Below are positions 20,094 through 29,015 of a stretch of 60,347 nucleotides of DNA, in pieces. Position numbers and translations under genes: made by a program. Every line of letters begins with the position of its first letter. Within the stretch, counting starts at the first letter, position 1. Under the pieces are notes generated by a model. The model was not told where the DNA came from. It did no database searches and saw only the letters and a list, made by a program, of their open reading frames with translations. The DNA comes from a virus (lineage: Duplodnaviria > Caudoviricetes). The stretch spans positions 1-60,347 of IMG/VR virus record IMGVR_UViG_3300046777_000773. One strand, written 5' to 3'.

Positions 20094-20267
20094 CTACTTC
20101 CTCCGCTCATATTGTTTGGACTGTTCTATCATCTTGGCGTATTCTTCGGGAGCTTCCCGCTGCATGGTAGTCTGCATCAAGGTAACCATCTTGATTAATT
20201 CTTGTAGACCCTGAAGCTGCTCTTCAGTGGGCTTACTGAATGGGCGATCCTTGGGAGCTTTAGCCAT
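20094..20267 (-). CDS. 57-aa hypothetical protein (not in ORF track)
   Basis: TAATG coupling; MAKAPKDRPFSKPTEEQLQGLQELIK...ERRK. Confidence 0.6.
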   Translation of the reverse strand: MAKAPKDRPFSKPTEEQLQGLQELIKMVTLMQTTMQREAPEEYAKMIEQSKQYERRK

Positions 20268-20947
20268 TACTTCTTGCGTCCTTTCGCCATCGGCTTTGCA
20301 GCCACACGACCGCCCGCCTTCTTCATGACCGGCTTGCCCATCGGCTTCGCTGCCACCTTGCCACCGGCCTTCTTGGCTACCGGCTTGGCTGCAACCTTAC
20401 CACCCGCTGCCTTCTTGACGACGCCGCCCTTCTTCATGATAGCGCCGGGCATGCCACCAATGTTTGGCCTAGCTCCTGTTGCACTACCCGGCATACCCGG
20501 ACGCGGCACCGGATTCATGCCGCCAGGGCCAATGGGTTGGGCATCAACTGTAAATGGATTGGGGGTGCGCCCGCCGCCAATAGGACGCCCCTGTCCGCCA
20601 GTTCCTATCGGAGAGCCGTCGGGGTTGCGACCCGGAAGCGGGTTTACTGGCGAGTAAATTTTAGGATCGTAATCAACGGCACCGCCACCGCGCGTAAATA
20701 TAGGTTGGCCAGTAGTCGGAAGCGGCATTGGACGCCCTTGACCGCCAGTTCCTGCGGGGGCACCGCCCGGCATCCGGTCAACCGTAAATGGATTGGGGGT
20801 GCGACCGGGAAGCGGCATTGGACGTCCGGGCCGTGCGGGCTGTGGCACCGGGCTAGGCAGCGGTTGTGGTCTTTGCATGCGTTGACGTTCGGCATTATCA
20901 TAAGCCGCTTGCTGCTCAGGAGTTAGATTAACGGGACGACTTACCAT
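20267..20947 (-). CDS. Pro/Gly-rich repeat protein with histone-like Lys/Ala tail
   Basis: Repeats GRTPNPFTVD, GTGGQGRP, GRPMPLP; KKAGGKVAAKP repeats. Confidence 0.7.
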   Translation of the reverse strand: MVSRPVNLTPEQQAAYDNAERQRMQRPQPLPSPVPQPARPGRPMPLPGRTPNPFTVDRMPGGAPAGTGGQGRPMPLPTTGQPIFTRGGGAVDYDPKIYSPVNPLPGRNPDGSPIGTGGQGRPIGGGRTPNPFTVDAQPIGPGGMNPVPRPGMPGSATGARPNIGGMPGAIMKKGGVVKKAAGGKVAAKPVAKKAGGKVAAKPMGKPVMKKAGGRVAAKPMAKGRKK

Positions 20948-20948
20948 G

Positions 20949-21971
20949 TTACTTACCTTTCATCTTAGATAGAGTCTGTGCAAAGCGGGCGCGTTGGCCC
21001 AGCTTACCGGGAGCCTTGGCGGCAGTCGCCAGCTTCTTGGCGGGGATCTTGGCACCGGCCTTGACGCCGAGTTGGGCACGCAATGCACCCGGCTTCTTGA
21101 TGGCCTGCTGAATGAACTTCTTGTTGGTGACTCCACCCTTGGCCATCTTCTTTACGGGAGCCTTGGGTTTCACCATGCCGCCTTTCTTGTAGCCATTGTC
21201 TTCAACGCGGGTAGGATCACGCTGTTGACCAATGCGGGCACCTTCTCTTTCTAGCGCCTTCTCAAAAACTCGTTGAGACCGCTGCGCCGATGCGACGCGA
21301 CCCCTGCGCGCAGTTTCAGTTTCCGCTGCTTCTCTTGCTAGGCGTTCGGGACCACCAGCACCAGGGCCTCGCGTTACCTTTTTAAGATTCAGCATTGCCT
21401 GCTCTGATCGCAAACTGGCGGGCTTATTTTCTTCTTCCATTTCTTTGGCGGCACGAAGCGCCTTTAAGTATTGGTTGTATGTTAGACCAACAGGCCCACG
21501 CTCTTCGGGGCGGTCAGAGTTGTCAACTTCGCCACCCTGAGCATACTTCCGTATCCGGCCACCCTTCTTGTAGTCTTCGGACTCCATCTCGTCATCTTCC
21601 ATCATGGAGCCGTCGGGCATCTTGTGCTTGCCTTTGCCGCCGACTTTGATTTCGATTTCGACCATGCCGCCGCCTTCGTACTTCTTCACGGGACCGCCTT
21701 TCTTGAGGCGTGTGGGTTCCTTTTGCTTCTCGCGGACACGGTTCATGTATTCGAAGTTGTGCGGCGCCATCATGTCTTCGCTACCAACAACGTAGTCAGT
21801 GTCATTGCTACGCTGGAAGGGCACACGCGCCAAGGGGTCCATGGGCCGACGCTCGTTTAGGATTTCGTCTTCGGTCTTGCCACGAGGCATGCGCCTTGGC
21901 GCTGTCCGTGCAGGCGGGGTAGGAGGAAGCGGGAGCGGCTCGCCCCTGCGTTTCGGTTCTTGTGCCATTAC
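20949..21971 (-). CDS. Basic low-complexity protein with six GG motifs
   Basis: LKKGG, YEGGG, YKKGG, YAQGG, YKKGG, MAKGG; C-terminal FIQQAIKKPGALRAQLG..ARFAQTL; start taken as ATG near 21968-21971, uncertain. Confidence 0.65.
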   Translation of the reverse strand, partial: VMAQEPKRRGEPLPLPPTPPARTAPRRMPRGKTEDEILNERRPMDPLARVPFQRSNDTDYVVGSEDMMAPHNFEYMNRVREKQKEPTRLKKGGPVKKYEGGGMVEIEIKVGGKGKHKMPDGSMMEDDEMESEDYKKGGRIRKYAQGGEVDNSDRPEERGPVGLTYNQYLKALRAAKEMEEENKPASLRSEQAMLNLKKVTRGPGAGGPERLAREAAETETARRGRVASAQRSQRVFEKALEREGARIGQQRDPTRVEDNGYKKGGMVKPKAPVKKMAKGGVTNKKFIQQAIKKPGALRAQLGVKAGAKIPAKKLATAAKAPGKLGQRARFAQTLSKMKGK

Positions 21972-22660
21972 TTGCACCCCTTCGCCATGCCACCCTTGGC
22001 ATACATCGCACGACCACCACCCATCATCTTCTTGGGCTTGGAAGTCATGCCACCCTTCATCATCTTCTTGGGCGCGACCTTACCGCCCGACTTCATCTTC
22101 TTGGCTTTCACCATACCACCCTTTTGATAGGCAATGCCCATGCGGTCTGCAATGCGCTTCTCAGTTTCAGTTACCGGCTTCTCGCCCCGTGTCAGGCGCA
22201 GCACAATCTCGTTCAGGTCTTCAGCCGCAGAACGGGAAGCTGCACGGGGACGATTGCTTTCAGATGCCCGACGATTTAGATTGGCACGCATTTCACTCGT
22301 AGTTTCTTCGTACGGCTGAGGCGGCAAATCAGGTAACTCAGTAGGTGAAGGAGCCGCTCGTTGAGGAGCCGGTGCGGAGCGCCGACCAGCAAGACGTTCG
22401 CCGACGGGCTGATTGGTGATTGCGGAACCACGGTTGCGGCGGCGTTCCATCAGCATACGTTCTTCTTCGTCGAACCGGGGCGCAGCCTCCTCGGCCATGC
22501 GAGCGCGGTCTTCCTGGCGACGCTGACCACCACCGGGTGCGGGCGGACCTTGCGTCGAAGGTCTACGCTGGAACATGCGCCGAAGCGCAGCGCCAACAGG
22601 CTCATTGGAAATTCCTGATCTGGCTTCCCCGCCCTCTTGGAACTTGGCTACGCGTTTCAT
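21968..22660 (-). CDS. Basic low-complexity protein with six GG motifs
   Basis: FQEGG, YQKGG, MKSGG, MMKGG, MMGGG, YAKGG. Confidence 0.7.
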   Translation of the reverse strand: MKRVAKFQEGGEARSGISNEPVGAALRRMFQRRPSTQGPPAPGGGQRRQEDRARMAEEAAPRFDEEERMLMERRRNRGSAITNQPVGERLAGRRSAPAPQRAAPSPTELPDLPPQPYEETTSEMRANLNRRASESNRPRAASRSAAEDLNEIVLRLTRGEKPVTETEKRIADRMGIAYQKGGMVKAKKMKSGGKVAPKKMMKGGMTSKPKKMMGGGRAMYAKGGMAKGCK

Positions 22661-23196
22661 TTCTTACGTCCTTTCTTGGAAGATACTTTGCCGCCACGGC
22701 GCAGGTTAGCGCGATCCATTTTAGGTGGCTTGGTTACGTCAATTTCTTCGGGCACAAACTTCATGCGAGGGCGGGTCTTGCGGACCTGCTGTGCAGTCTC
22801 TTCGGGCTGCGAAGGGTAGTTTGTCTGGGGAGCAACACGCTCGATCTCGCGGAGACGTGGCTTCTCAGGATCGTAGACGCCTGTGCTTTCGCTTTCACTT
22901 TCGCGTTCCTTGTCAGCCTTGGCACGCGCCTTGGCTTTCATTTCCTTGGCGAACTGCTGCTCATAGCTGACACCCGGCTCAACGAGATAGTTGGTAAACT
23001 CATTGATGGAGCCGCCCGCCGCGAACTTCTTGGGCTTGCCCGCTTGGCGCAGGGCGATGGCCACGGCTTGCTTGACGGCGGCCTTCTTATTGGGAGGCTT
23101 CGAAGTACCGATACGCCCTGACTTCGAGTAGTCGTCGACCAGGGTACGGATGTTCGAGCTTATGGTCTTTTGGGACTTGCCCTTCTTGAGTGGCAT
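22657..23196 (-). CDS. Basic protein (MPLKKGKSQKTISSNI type) with two GG motifs
   Basis: Conserved-looking N-terminus KQAVAIAL; FAAGGSI, LRRGGKV; GAGG RBS before ATG 23196. Confidence 0.7.
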   Translation of the reverse strand: MPLKKGKSQKTISSNIRTLVDDYSKSGRIGTSKPPNKKAAVKQAVAIALRQAGKPKKFAAGGSINEFTNYLVEPGVSYEQQFAKEMKAKARAKADKERESESESTGVYDPEKPRLREIERVAPQTNYPSQPEETAQQVRKTRPRMKFVPEEIDVTKPPKMDRANLRRGGKVSSKKGRKK

Positions 23197-23207
23197 ATCA
23201 AGATCCT

Positions 23208-23666
23208 CTAATTGAGAAGCAAGCACTCGGCCTGCCTCCGACGTACGAGACCCGGTAGAACACGGCCACCGCCTTTGGTCCACTTCATGAGTTCATCTTG
23301 GGCGCCTTCCCAATCCTGCTCATCAATGCGGCGACGCAGCGTACTGGAACGGTAACGAGGGACACCCAGATTGTAGGCGAAGTCAGTGATGGCACCGAGT
23401 ACCTTGGGGTTGGCAGCTAAATGGGGAGAGGCGCGCAGCACACCAGCCATGTAGGTAGAGACCAGTTCGCCGACTAGCCATTCTTCGGCGGTCTCTTTGG
23501 TGATAGGCGGATCATCCATTGTGACCTTGGTGCCGTCGGGCTTGTTGACTGTGCCGTAGCCAATGGTCGGGTAGCCTGCCGGGCAGATGTAAGGCGTGAG
23601 CCGCAAACCTTCGAAGGTCCGACACAATTGGGCAGCTACCTCGGTGGCTTCAGCGATTGCGCTCAT
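23208..23666 (-). CDS. Endolysin, GH24 lysozyme
   Basis: FEGLRLTPYICPAGYPTIGYG, DFAYNLG, GLVRRRQAE. Confidence 0.9.
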   Translation of the reverse strand: MSAIAEATEVAAQLCRTFEGLRLTPYICPAGYPTIGYGTVNKPDGTKVTMDDPPITKETAEEWLVGELVSTYMAGVLRASPHLAANPKVLGAITDFAYNLGVPRYRSSTLRRRIDEQDWEGAQDELMKWTKGGGRVLPGLVRRRQAECLLLN

Positions 23667-24117
23667 AGACGCGACCCACAAACCAGAAGCTAATGACCAT
23701 GTTGAAGACAGCTAGGTCCTCGGAGTTCCACATGTTGACCAGCACATCTTTCCAGTCACCGCCCTGCTGAATAGCAATCATGTAGGCAGCGATCTTGACG
23801 GCGGCATAAAGACCCAAGAAAGCGTAGGTGACAGTAGGCCGGACCAGCGCAGAAAACGCAGCCACAAACTTACCAGCAGCCTTGGAGGTGGACGACTGTT
23901 CCTTAAAGGCTTCAGCCATCGTATCCATTTCGGCCATGGTCATAGTAGCTTCGGTCTGACGCATAGCTATTTCGCCACGGACCCGAGCAAACTCCATCTC
24001 AGCATTGAGCATGGCCAATTCATGACGGCGCTCATTGCCCTTGTCGAACATCTTGAAGACTTCTGGTGCGAGCCGGAGAACACCCCCGAATACACCGCCA
24101 AGTAAAGTCTCGATCAC
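23650..24117 (-). CDS. Putative holin
   Basis: Hydrophobic helices; LVRPTVTY and ISFWFVGR; adjacent to lysozyme. Confidence 0.6.
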   Translation of the reverse strand: MIETLLGGVFGGVLRLAPEVFKMFDKGNERRHELAMLNAEMEFARVRGEIAMRQTEATMTMAEMDTMAEAFKEQSSTSKAAGKFVAAFSALVRPTVTYAFLGLYAAVKIAAYMIAIQQGGDWKDVLVNMWNSEDLAVFNMVISFWFVGRVYERNR

Positions 24118-24118
24118 G

Positions 24119-24583
24119 CTAGTTCTCCAATACGAAAGTCAAATTCTGGTGGCGCGGATAAGTCACAGTGCGCTCGCCCTCTGGACACTTGTAGGTGATG
24201 GTGGCCAACAGAGTGGCTCGACCGGGTGCAATGGTTTCTTTGTCAGCAATATCAAGTAGATAGGTGAACGTGTCGATCTCGGGTCCGGCTGGTCCAGTGA
24301 AGCGTGTCATGCTGGGGGTGGCTTCGTGGATGACGCTGGCACTGTCGCGGATCGTAACCTTGAAGTCTTGGACGGAGCAGTCATCGCGCTTCTTGATGCG
24401 GGCCACAGTCACAGCCACCGGACTACCGATCTTGGTATCTGCAATGCGGAAATGCTCGGGCGCCCAGACCACGATATCGTTAGTGAAGAAGCCAAATTTT
24501 TCACCTGCCGTGTAGCCACCCACCGCCAAAGCAAATGCAGCCGTAAAGAACTGGACAACTGGCGTAAGCTTGGGTAGCTCCAT
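24119..24583 (-). CDS. Membrane-anchored protein in lysis cassette
   Basis: N-terminal TM helix, beta-rich domain with two Cys. Confidence 0.55.
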   Translation of the reverse strand: MELPKLTPVVQFFTAAFALAVGGYTAGEKFGFFTNDIVVWAPEHFRIADTKIGSPVAVTVARIKKRDDCSVQDFKVTIRDSASVIHEATPSMTRFTGPAGPEIDTFTYLLDIADKETIAPGRATLLATITYKCPEGERTVTYPRHQNLTFVLEN

Positions 24584-24592
24584 GGCACGGCC

Positions 24593-24847
24593 TTAGCAGT
24601 TCCAGGCCCGCAGGCTTTTGTTGATGCGGGAGTTCGGATCGTTGGCCGTCTTAGCGGAAGTAAGCTTCTTCTTCATCCCTTTCATTCGGGCACAGAAGGA
24701 GTCGCGTCGTGGGCCACCCTCTGGTTGAGGAGGCTTGAGGCCGGGCTTGCCGGGGTTCGCTCGGTTGTAGGAGGCACGGCCTTTAGCATTGAGCCCACCG
24801 GACGGGGACTTGCCTTCGGCCCGTTGCCATGCTGGGGTCTTGGCCAT
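24593..24847 (-). CDS. Conserved basic phage protein
   Basis: AWQRAEGKSPSGGLNAKGRASY...RRDSFCARM..SRINKSLRAWNC. Confidence 0.75.
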   Translation of the reverse strand: MAKTPAWQRAEGKSPSGGLNAKGRASYNRANPGKPGLKPPQPEGGPRRDSFCARMKGMKKKLTSAKTANDPNSRINKSLRAWNC

Positions 24848-24853
24848 GCCTCC

Positions 24854-24882
24854 ATTATACTATAGTTAGCTTAATCTTTCAA
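24854..24882 (-). promoter_or_regulatory. Sigma70 promoter of lysis/basic-protein operon, probably leaderless
   Basis: TTGAAA-N17-TATAAT, then 6 nt to ATG 24847. Confidence 0.7.
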
Positions 24883-25642
24883 GACTGATGGACTCGACAT
24901 CGAACTCGCCGGGCGCGTAGAAGTGCAGCAGATGGACGCCATTCCACCACAGCTTCTTGGCAGCCTTGGCGTAGGCGAACTCGCCGTTGGGGTCCACGAA
25001 GCAGCCTGCCACCAGAGCGTGAAGCTTAGTGCCTTCGGCCTTGGTGCGGGTGGCGGTCGACAGCAGATGCGAGTGGCCGCAGACGCAGGAAGTGTGCTGA
25101 GACTTGAGCAGGTTGTTGGCATGGTGATCACCACCCTGGGGCCGACCCATGACACCTGAGACGAAGTAGTGCTGGAAGACTGCGCCGTAGATCTCAGCAG
25201 GCTTGAGGAACTTGTGGAAGTTGATCTTAACGGAAGACCTGTAGGTCTTGATGAGTTGCTGGACAGTCAGGGGGAAGTCCGATGTCAGGAGCCGGTTGTC
25301 GGAAGCCATCCACTTGTTGTAGCGTTCTTCGTGGTTGCCTTCGATGAACTCCACATCGGCGCCCCCGCATGCGTAAGCAATCGAAACAATCTTGTCGAGA
25401 GCATAGAAGCCAGCTTCGATGTCTTTCGAAAGGGACCGCTGATACCAGTGCGGTGAGTTCATGTCATGGGTGCAAAGCGACTCGAAGTCCCACAGGTCAC
25501 CGATGTGAACGACCTTGTCGAGCTTGATGTCCCGCCCTACCAAGAGAGCCAGCAGGTTGTCGAAGCGGCTGAGGTTGTCGCCCGGCATAGCATGCGTGTC
25601 GGGGATCAGGAGGACGGTGCGAGGCTGGAACTTATTCGCCAT
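24866..25642 (-). CDS. Calcineurin-like metallophosphoesterase
   Basis: DTH, GDLWD, GNHE, GHSH motifs. Confidence 0.85.
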   Translation of the reverse strand: MANKFQPRTVLLIPDTHAMPGDNLSRFDNLLALLVGRDIKLDKVVHIGDLWDFESLCTHDMNSPHWYQRSLSKDIEAGFYALDKIVSIAYACGGADVEFIEGNHEERYNKWMASDNRLLTSDFPLTVQQLIKTYRSSVKINFHKFLKPAEIYGAVFQHYFVSGVMGRPQGGDHHANNLLKSQHTSCVCGHSHLLSTATRTKAEGTKLHALVAGCFVDPNGEFAYAKAAKKLWWNGVHLLHFYAPGEFDVESISLERLS

Positions 25643-26006
25643 TGGCTTGGGCCTTCGTGTTGTCGGTGATGAACTTGCTGGTGTAGCCCGCGAGGGGCCG
25701 GTCGTCGAGGAGCCACGGGCCGCTGAACGCATCGAGCAGGATGCACATGTTGGCAGCGACGTGGGCTAGATGAGGGAGGCCCGTCTCGGGATCGTTGTTC
25801 TGACCGTCCCACCAAGCCGTCAGGTGGCGCATCGCCGCATCGTAGTAGGTGGAGGAGGAGACCGGGTCGGTGCGCCAGTTCATGGGGCCATACTTGGCTG
25901 CACCCTTCGTCATGACTTCTCCGATGGCCAGCATAGCGAGGGGCGGAACCTTACTGAGGCCGGGCTTCGCCAGACCGTATTGCGTCTTGGGGTTAGCGTC
26001 CATCAT
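25632..26006 (-). CDS. dATP/dGTP diphosphohydrolase-like protein (DUF5664)
   Basis: GAAKYGPMNWR...AAMRHL.AWWDG...DPETGLPHLAH. Confidence 0.85.
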   Translation of the reverse strand: MMDANPKTQYGLAKPGLSKVPPLAMLAIGEVMTKGAAKYGPMNWRTDPVSSSTYYDAAMRHLTAWWDGQNNDPETGLPHLAHVAANMCILLDAFSGPWLLDDRPLAGYTSKFITDNTKAQANGE

Positions 26007-26188
26007 AGACCCCAGATGAAAGCGAGAATGGAGACTACTCCGCTGACAATCGTGATGTGCATAGCAGCGGCGCCCAGGTAGTCGACCCAAGTATATTCGC
26101 GGGTGTAATGATCTACGTACTGGGCAGCGACTACGGCAATGACGGCAGCCAAGATGGTAACGGTGCAAGCGATTTGGGTGAGGATCAT
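26003..26188 (-). CDS. Small two-TM membrane protein
   Basis: AGGAG RBS; two hydrophobic segments. Confidence 0.55.
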   Translation of the reverse strand: MILTQIACTVTILAAVIAVVAAQYVDHYTREYTWVDYLGAAAMHITIVSGVVSILAFIWGL

Positions 26189-26189
26189 G

Positions 26190-26654
26190 TCAGACTCCTG
26201 TTGAGCCGAGACCGGAGGCCCCGCGTTCTGTGGTTGTGAGGTCGTCGATTTCCACAACTTCGAGTTGGGGGAGGGGCAGGACCATGAGTTGGGCGATACG
26301 CATGCCCGGCTCGATCATGAAGATGTCTTCGGACGGCCACTGCGGGGAGAAGGGATGGCGGGCCAAGATCACTTTGAGTTCGCCACGGTAGTCTTCGTCG
26401 ATCACGCCCGGTGCATTCAAGACTTGCAGGCCCTGCTTGTGGGCGAGGCCAGAGCGCGAGCAAACTAGGCCGACGTGACCGGGGGGAAGCTCGATGGCAA
26501 TGCCGGTGCCAATGGTGCGGCGGGTCCGCATGTCGTCAACCCATGCACGTTCGTCGGCGTAGAGGTCAAAGCAAGCAGCCCCGGCAGTGGCGCGGGTGGG
26601 GAGGATTGCGGTGCTGGAGAGCCGCTTGAACTTTAGAGTCCTAACCATTGGCAT
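26190..26654 (-). CDS. dut: Trimeric dUTPase
   Basis: AACFDL, RSGLA, GVIDEDYRGE, RIAQL, RGASGLGSTG. Confidence 0.95.
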   Translation of the reverse strand: MPMVRTLKFKRLSSTAILPTRATAGAACFDLYADERAWVDDMRTRRTIGTGIAIELPPGHVGLVCSRSGLAHKQGLQVLNAPGVIDEDYRGELKVILARHPFSPQWPSEDIFMIEPGMRIAQLMVLPLPQLEVVEIDDLTTTERGASGLGSTGV

Positions 26655-27088
26655 TCCTTATACTTGGTACGAGGTATCTCGTCAAGCTTATATATGCTCA
26701 ATGGCTTCTTATGTGAAGATGTTTTCGCGTTCTTATAGATCTGTAAGTAAGATAATTCCGCGTTCGGATAAAGGGCCTTGACGATGGGACCGTAGAACTC
26801 AAGGAGTTTCTTGCGGGCCGGGCGCATCCACGACAATTTGATTTCGACTATGCACAGATGATCGTCCGCCAACCAGACCAAAGCATCAGGTTGACAGACG
26901 CCACTTCGCTTGGGCGTTTTGTAGTAGAGCCAAGGCGAAACTTCGATGCGAGGATATAGGGCGACGAGGCGCTTGTGTACTGCCCGCTCGAAAGAGATGC
27001 CCGCCTGTTGGGCCTTGGTTCGTTTCTGTTTAGGGAACTGTGGTACGTAGTCAGCGTGACGTGCAACAACAGGCGAGCCGAGTTTCAT
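26633..27088 (-). CDS. PD-(D/E)XK nuclease (resolvase-like)
   Basis: GISFE...QPDALV...IVEIKL; ATGA coupling at 27088. Confidence 0.65.
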   Translation of the reverse strand: MKLGSPVVARHADYVPQFPKQKRTKAQQAGISFERAVHKRLVALYPRIEVSPWLYYKTPKRSGVCQPDALVWLADDHLCIVEIKLSWMRPARKKLLEFYGPIVKALYPNAELSYLQIYKNAKTSSHKKPLSIYKLDEIPRTKYKECQWLGL

Positions 27089-27420
27089 AGTCCCCCGTTG
27101 TGGAGCTTCTTGAAGAAAGTTGAATCGAGGATCTTGATGGCCAGCGCAAACTGCGAAGCGTGGATGGGCGTGGCGAACACGTGGTTCTCGGAGTAGTCGG
27201 GGTCGGCCACTTCGGGGTTGGAGACTGCCGCGCAGCACACGAAGTACTGGACGTTCGCGAGGTTGTCGTGCAGGAACTTGGTCAGTTCTTTGATGGACTC
27301 AATGACTTCGAGTTGCTCGGGCGAGAACTCAGTGCTGATGGTTTCGCCTTCCGGCAGGGGATGCGGATCAGGAGAGACGATCTTGAACGGCACGATGTTG
27401 TCAGTCGACACAATAACCAC
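27085..27420 (-). CDS. Hypothetical protein
   Basis: AGGAG RBS; operon context. Confidence 0.6.
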   Translation of the reverse strand: MVIVSTDNIVPFKIVSPDPHPLPEGETISTEFSPEQLEVIESIKELTKFLHDNLANVQYFVCCAAVSNPEVADPDYSENHVFATPIHASQFALAIKILDSTFFKKLHNGGL

Positions 27421-27607
27421 TCCTAGCTTTGCCCGCAGGCTGTGTGATGTTGGTACGGATTACCCAGATATTGGTTCCGTTTGACGGGTCGATGGCCTTC
27501 TCTAGCCAAACCTTTACGATGTAGCCACGCTTACGCCACCAGTTACGGATGTCAGCCATGAGCTTGTAGTTAGCTGCACGGTCACTCAGGTAGTCATGCT
27601 TTGCCAT
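27401..27607 (-). CDS. Hypothetical protein
   Basis: Overlapping operon context; IRNWWRKRGY..VW...IRTN. Confidence 0.6.
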   Translation of the reverse strand: MAKHDYLSDRAANYKLMADIRNWWRKRGYIVKVWLEKAIDPSNGTNIWVIRTNITQPAGKARSGYCVD

Positions 27608-29015
27608 TCGGTCTCCACTTCTTCAGGCCACCTTCGCCCTTGCCCCAATTATACCCGACTTCTACGTCGAAAGGAATAATTATTTCACGGGTCACGCCCT
27701 TGATATCAGTCACCGGGAACGGAAACGTCAGGCACTCCAGTACCTGCGGCAGAAGCTCGGCAGCCTTCTCGATCTTCACTTGGCCTAGCACAGCATCGTG
27801 AAGGTTCAGCAGGATCTGGACGTCGCCTTTGCCTTCGAAACGTTCCCAGATATTGTAGATGCCGATGTTCATGAGGACACCGACGCAGTGCTGTGGCACA
27901 AAGGCAATAGCTTCGCGGAGCGTGGCGTCGTCCCAACGGCGGGACCAGAAGGTGCGGCGGATGCCGAAGGGCGTGACCAGATAGCCTTTGGTTTGGAGTT
28001 GATTGGCGACCCATGCGTGCCAGTCGCTGATGCCGGGGAACCGCTTAAAGTACTGGGCTTGGAAAGCTTCAGCAACGGCGGTCTCGACCTTCATCTGCTG
28101 TGCCAGGGTGAACGGTTTTCCATAATAGTTACTGCCATGGGCGCCCCTCTTCGTAATGTCACGATACGAATAACCACGGTAGTATTCGCGTTCAGCAAGC
28201 TCGCGTTCGGGCGGGAAACCAAAGACCATGGAAGCAACCATTGTGTGGGAGTCTCCACCTTCCACTGCGGCGATATAATTTTCATCACCCGAAAGATACG
28301 CAACAATACGAGCTTCCGCCCCTTGTTGATCCGAATAGAAAAGTAGGTATCCGGGATCGGCAACGAAACAGGTGCGCGCTTCCTTTGGTATGTTCTGAAG
28401 GTTACTCCCAATGCGGAAAGGATGTTCACTAGACGATAGTCTGAACGTCTCAGTCCCTGCAATATTAAACGCCGCATGGAAACGGTTACTCGGCGAAAGC
28501 TTCTTGGAGAGGAACTCAATTTGCTTTTCGAGATCGCGGATGCGGAGGATGTGGTTGGCGAAGAAGGCACCGCGCGGGTATTCGCGGGCGATGCGTTCAA
28601 GGATTTCGCGGTCGGTGCCAACTTTGGTTTCTCCTTTCTTGGACTTGGTCTGCTCAGGAATGGCGAGCATTTCGTAGAACAAAACCATAAGCTGGGGTGT
28701 AGAGTTGTGGTTGACGGTCGTGCCCCACAGCTTCTCGCAGACGTAGTCGAAGTTCGCTTGCACCTTATCAGCACGGGCGCGCAAGCCAGCAACCAAGGTG
28801 TCGCGCCGGGCCGTGTCGATCTGGACGCCGCGCCGCATCATGGTCATGATCGGACCCAGCATCAGTTCGCTGTAGCCATAGGTGACCTTGGCCCAGTCAG
28901 GCAGCAGACCCTCATCGTAGATTTCTTTGAGGGCCATCGTCTGCATGGTGTCGAGCGAGTTGTAGATGATCTCCTGATTCTCAGGAGTTGGGGTCAAATC
29001 CGTCAAGATCCGCAT
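27594..29015 (-). CDS. polA: Family A DNA polymerase, catalytic subunit (with ExoIII motif)
   Basis: YNSLD; GTETFRLSS; NLQNIP; motif A SDQQGAEAR; motif B RDITKRGAHGSNYYG; motif C LHDA. Confidence 0.9.
   Translation of the reverse strand: MRILTDLTPTPENQEIIYNSLDTMQTMALKEIYDEGLLPDWAKVTYGYSELMLGPIMTMMRRGVQIDTARRDTLVAGLRARADKVQANFDYVCEKLWGTTVNHNSTPQLMVLFYEMLAIPEQTKSKKGETKVGTDREILERIAREYPRGAFFANHILRIRDLEKQIEFLSKKLSPSNRFHAAFNIAGTETFRLSSSEHPFRIGSNLQNIPKEARTCFVADPGYLLFYSDQQGAEARIVAYLSGDENYIAAVEGGDSHTMVASMVFGFPPERELAEREYYRGYSYRDITKRGAHGSNYYGKPFTLAQQMKVETAVAEAFQAQYFKRFPGISDWHAWVANQLQTKGYLVTPFGIRRTFWSRRWDDATLREAIAFVPQHCVGVLMNIGIYNIWERFEGKGDVQILLNLHDAVLGQVKIEKAAELLPQVLECLTFPFPVTDIKGVTREIIIPFDVEVGYNWGKGEGGLKKWRPNGKA

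Noticed and set aside
25632-26006. 2-aminoadenine (Z) genome pathway
   Set aside because: DUF5664-like gene present but no PurZ-like gene; this domain also occurs in phages with unmodified DNA
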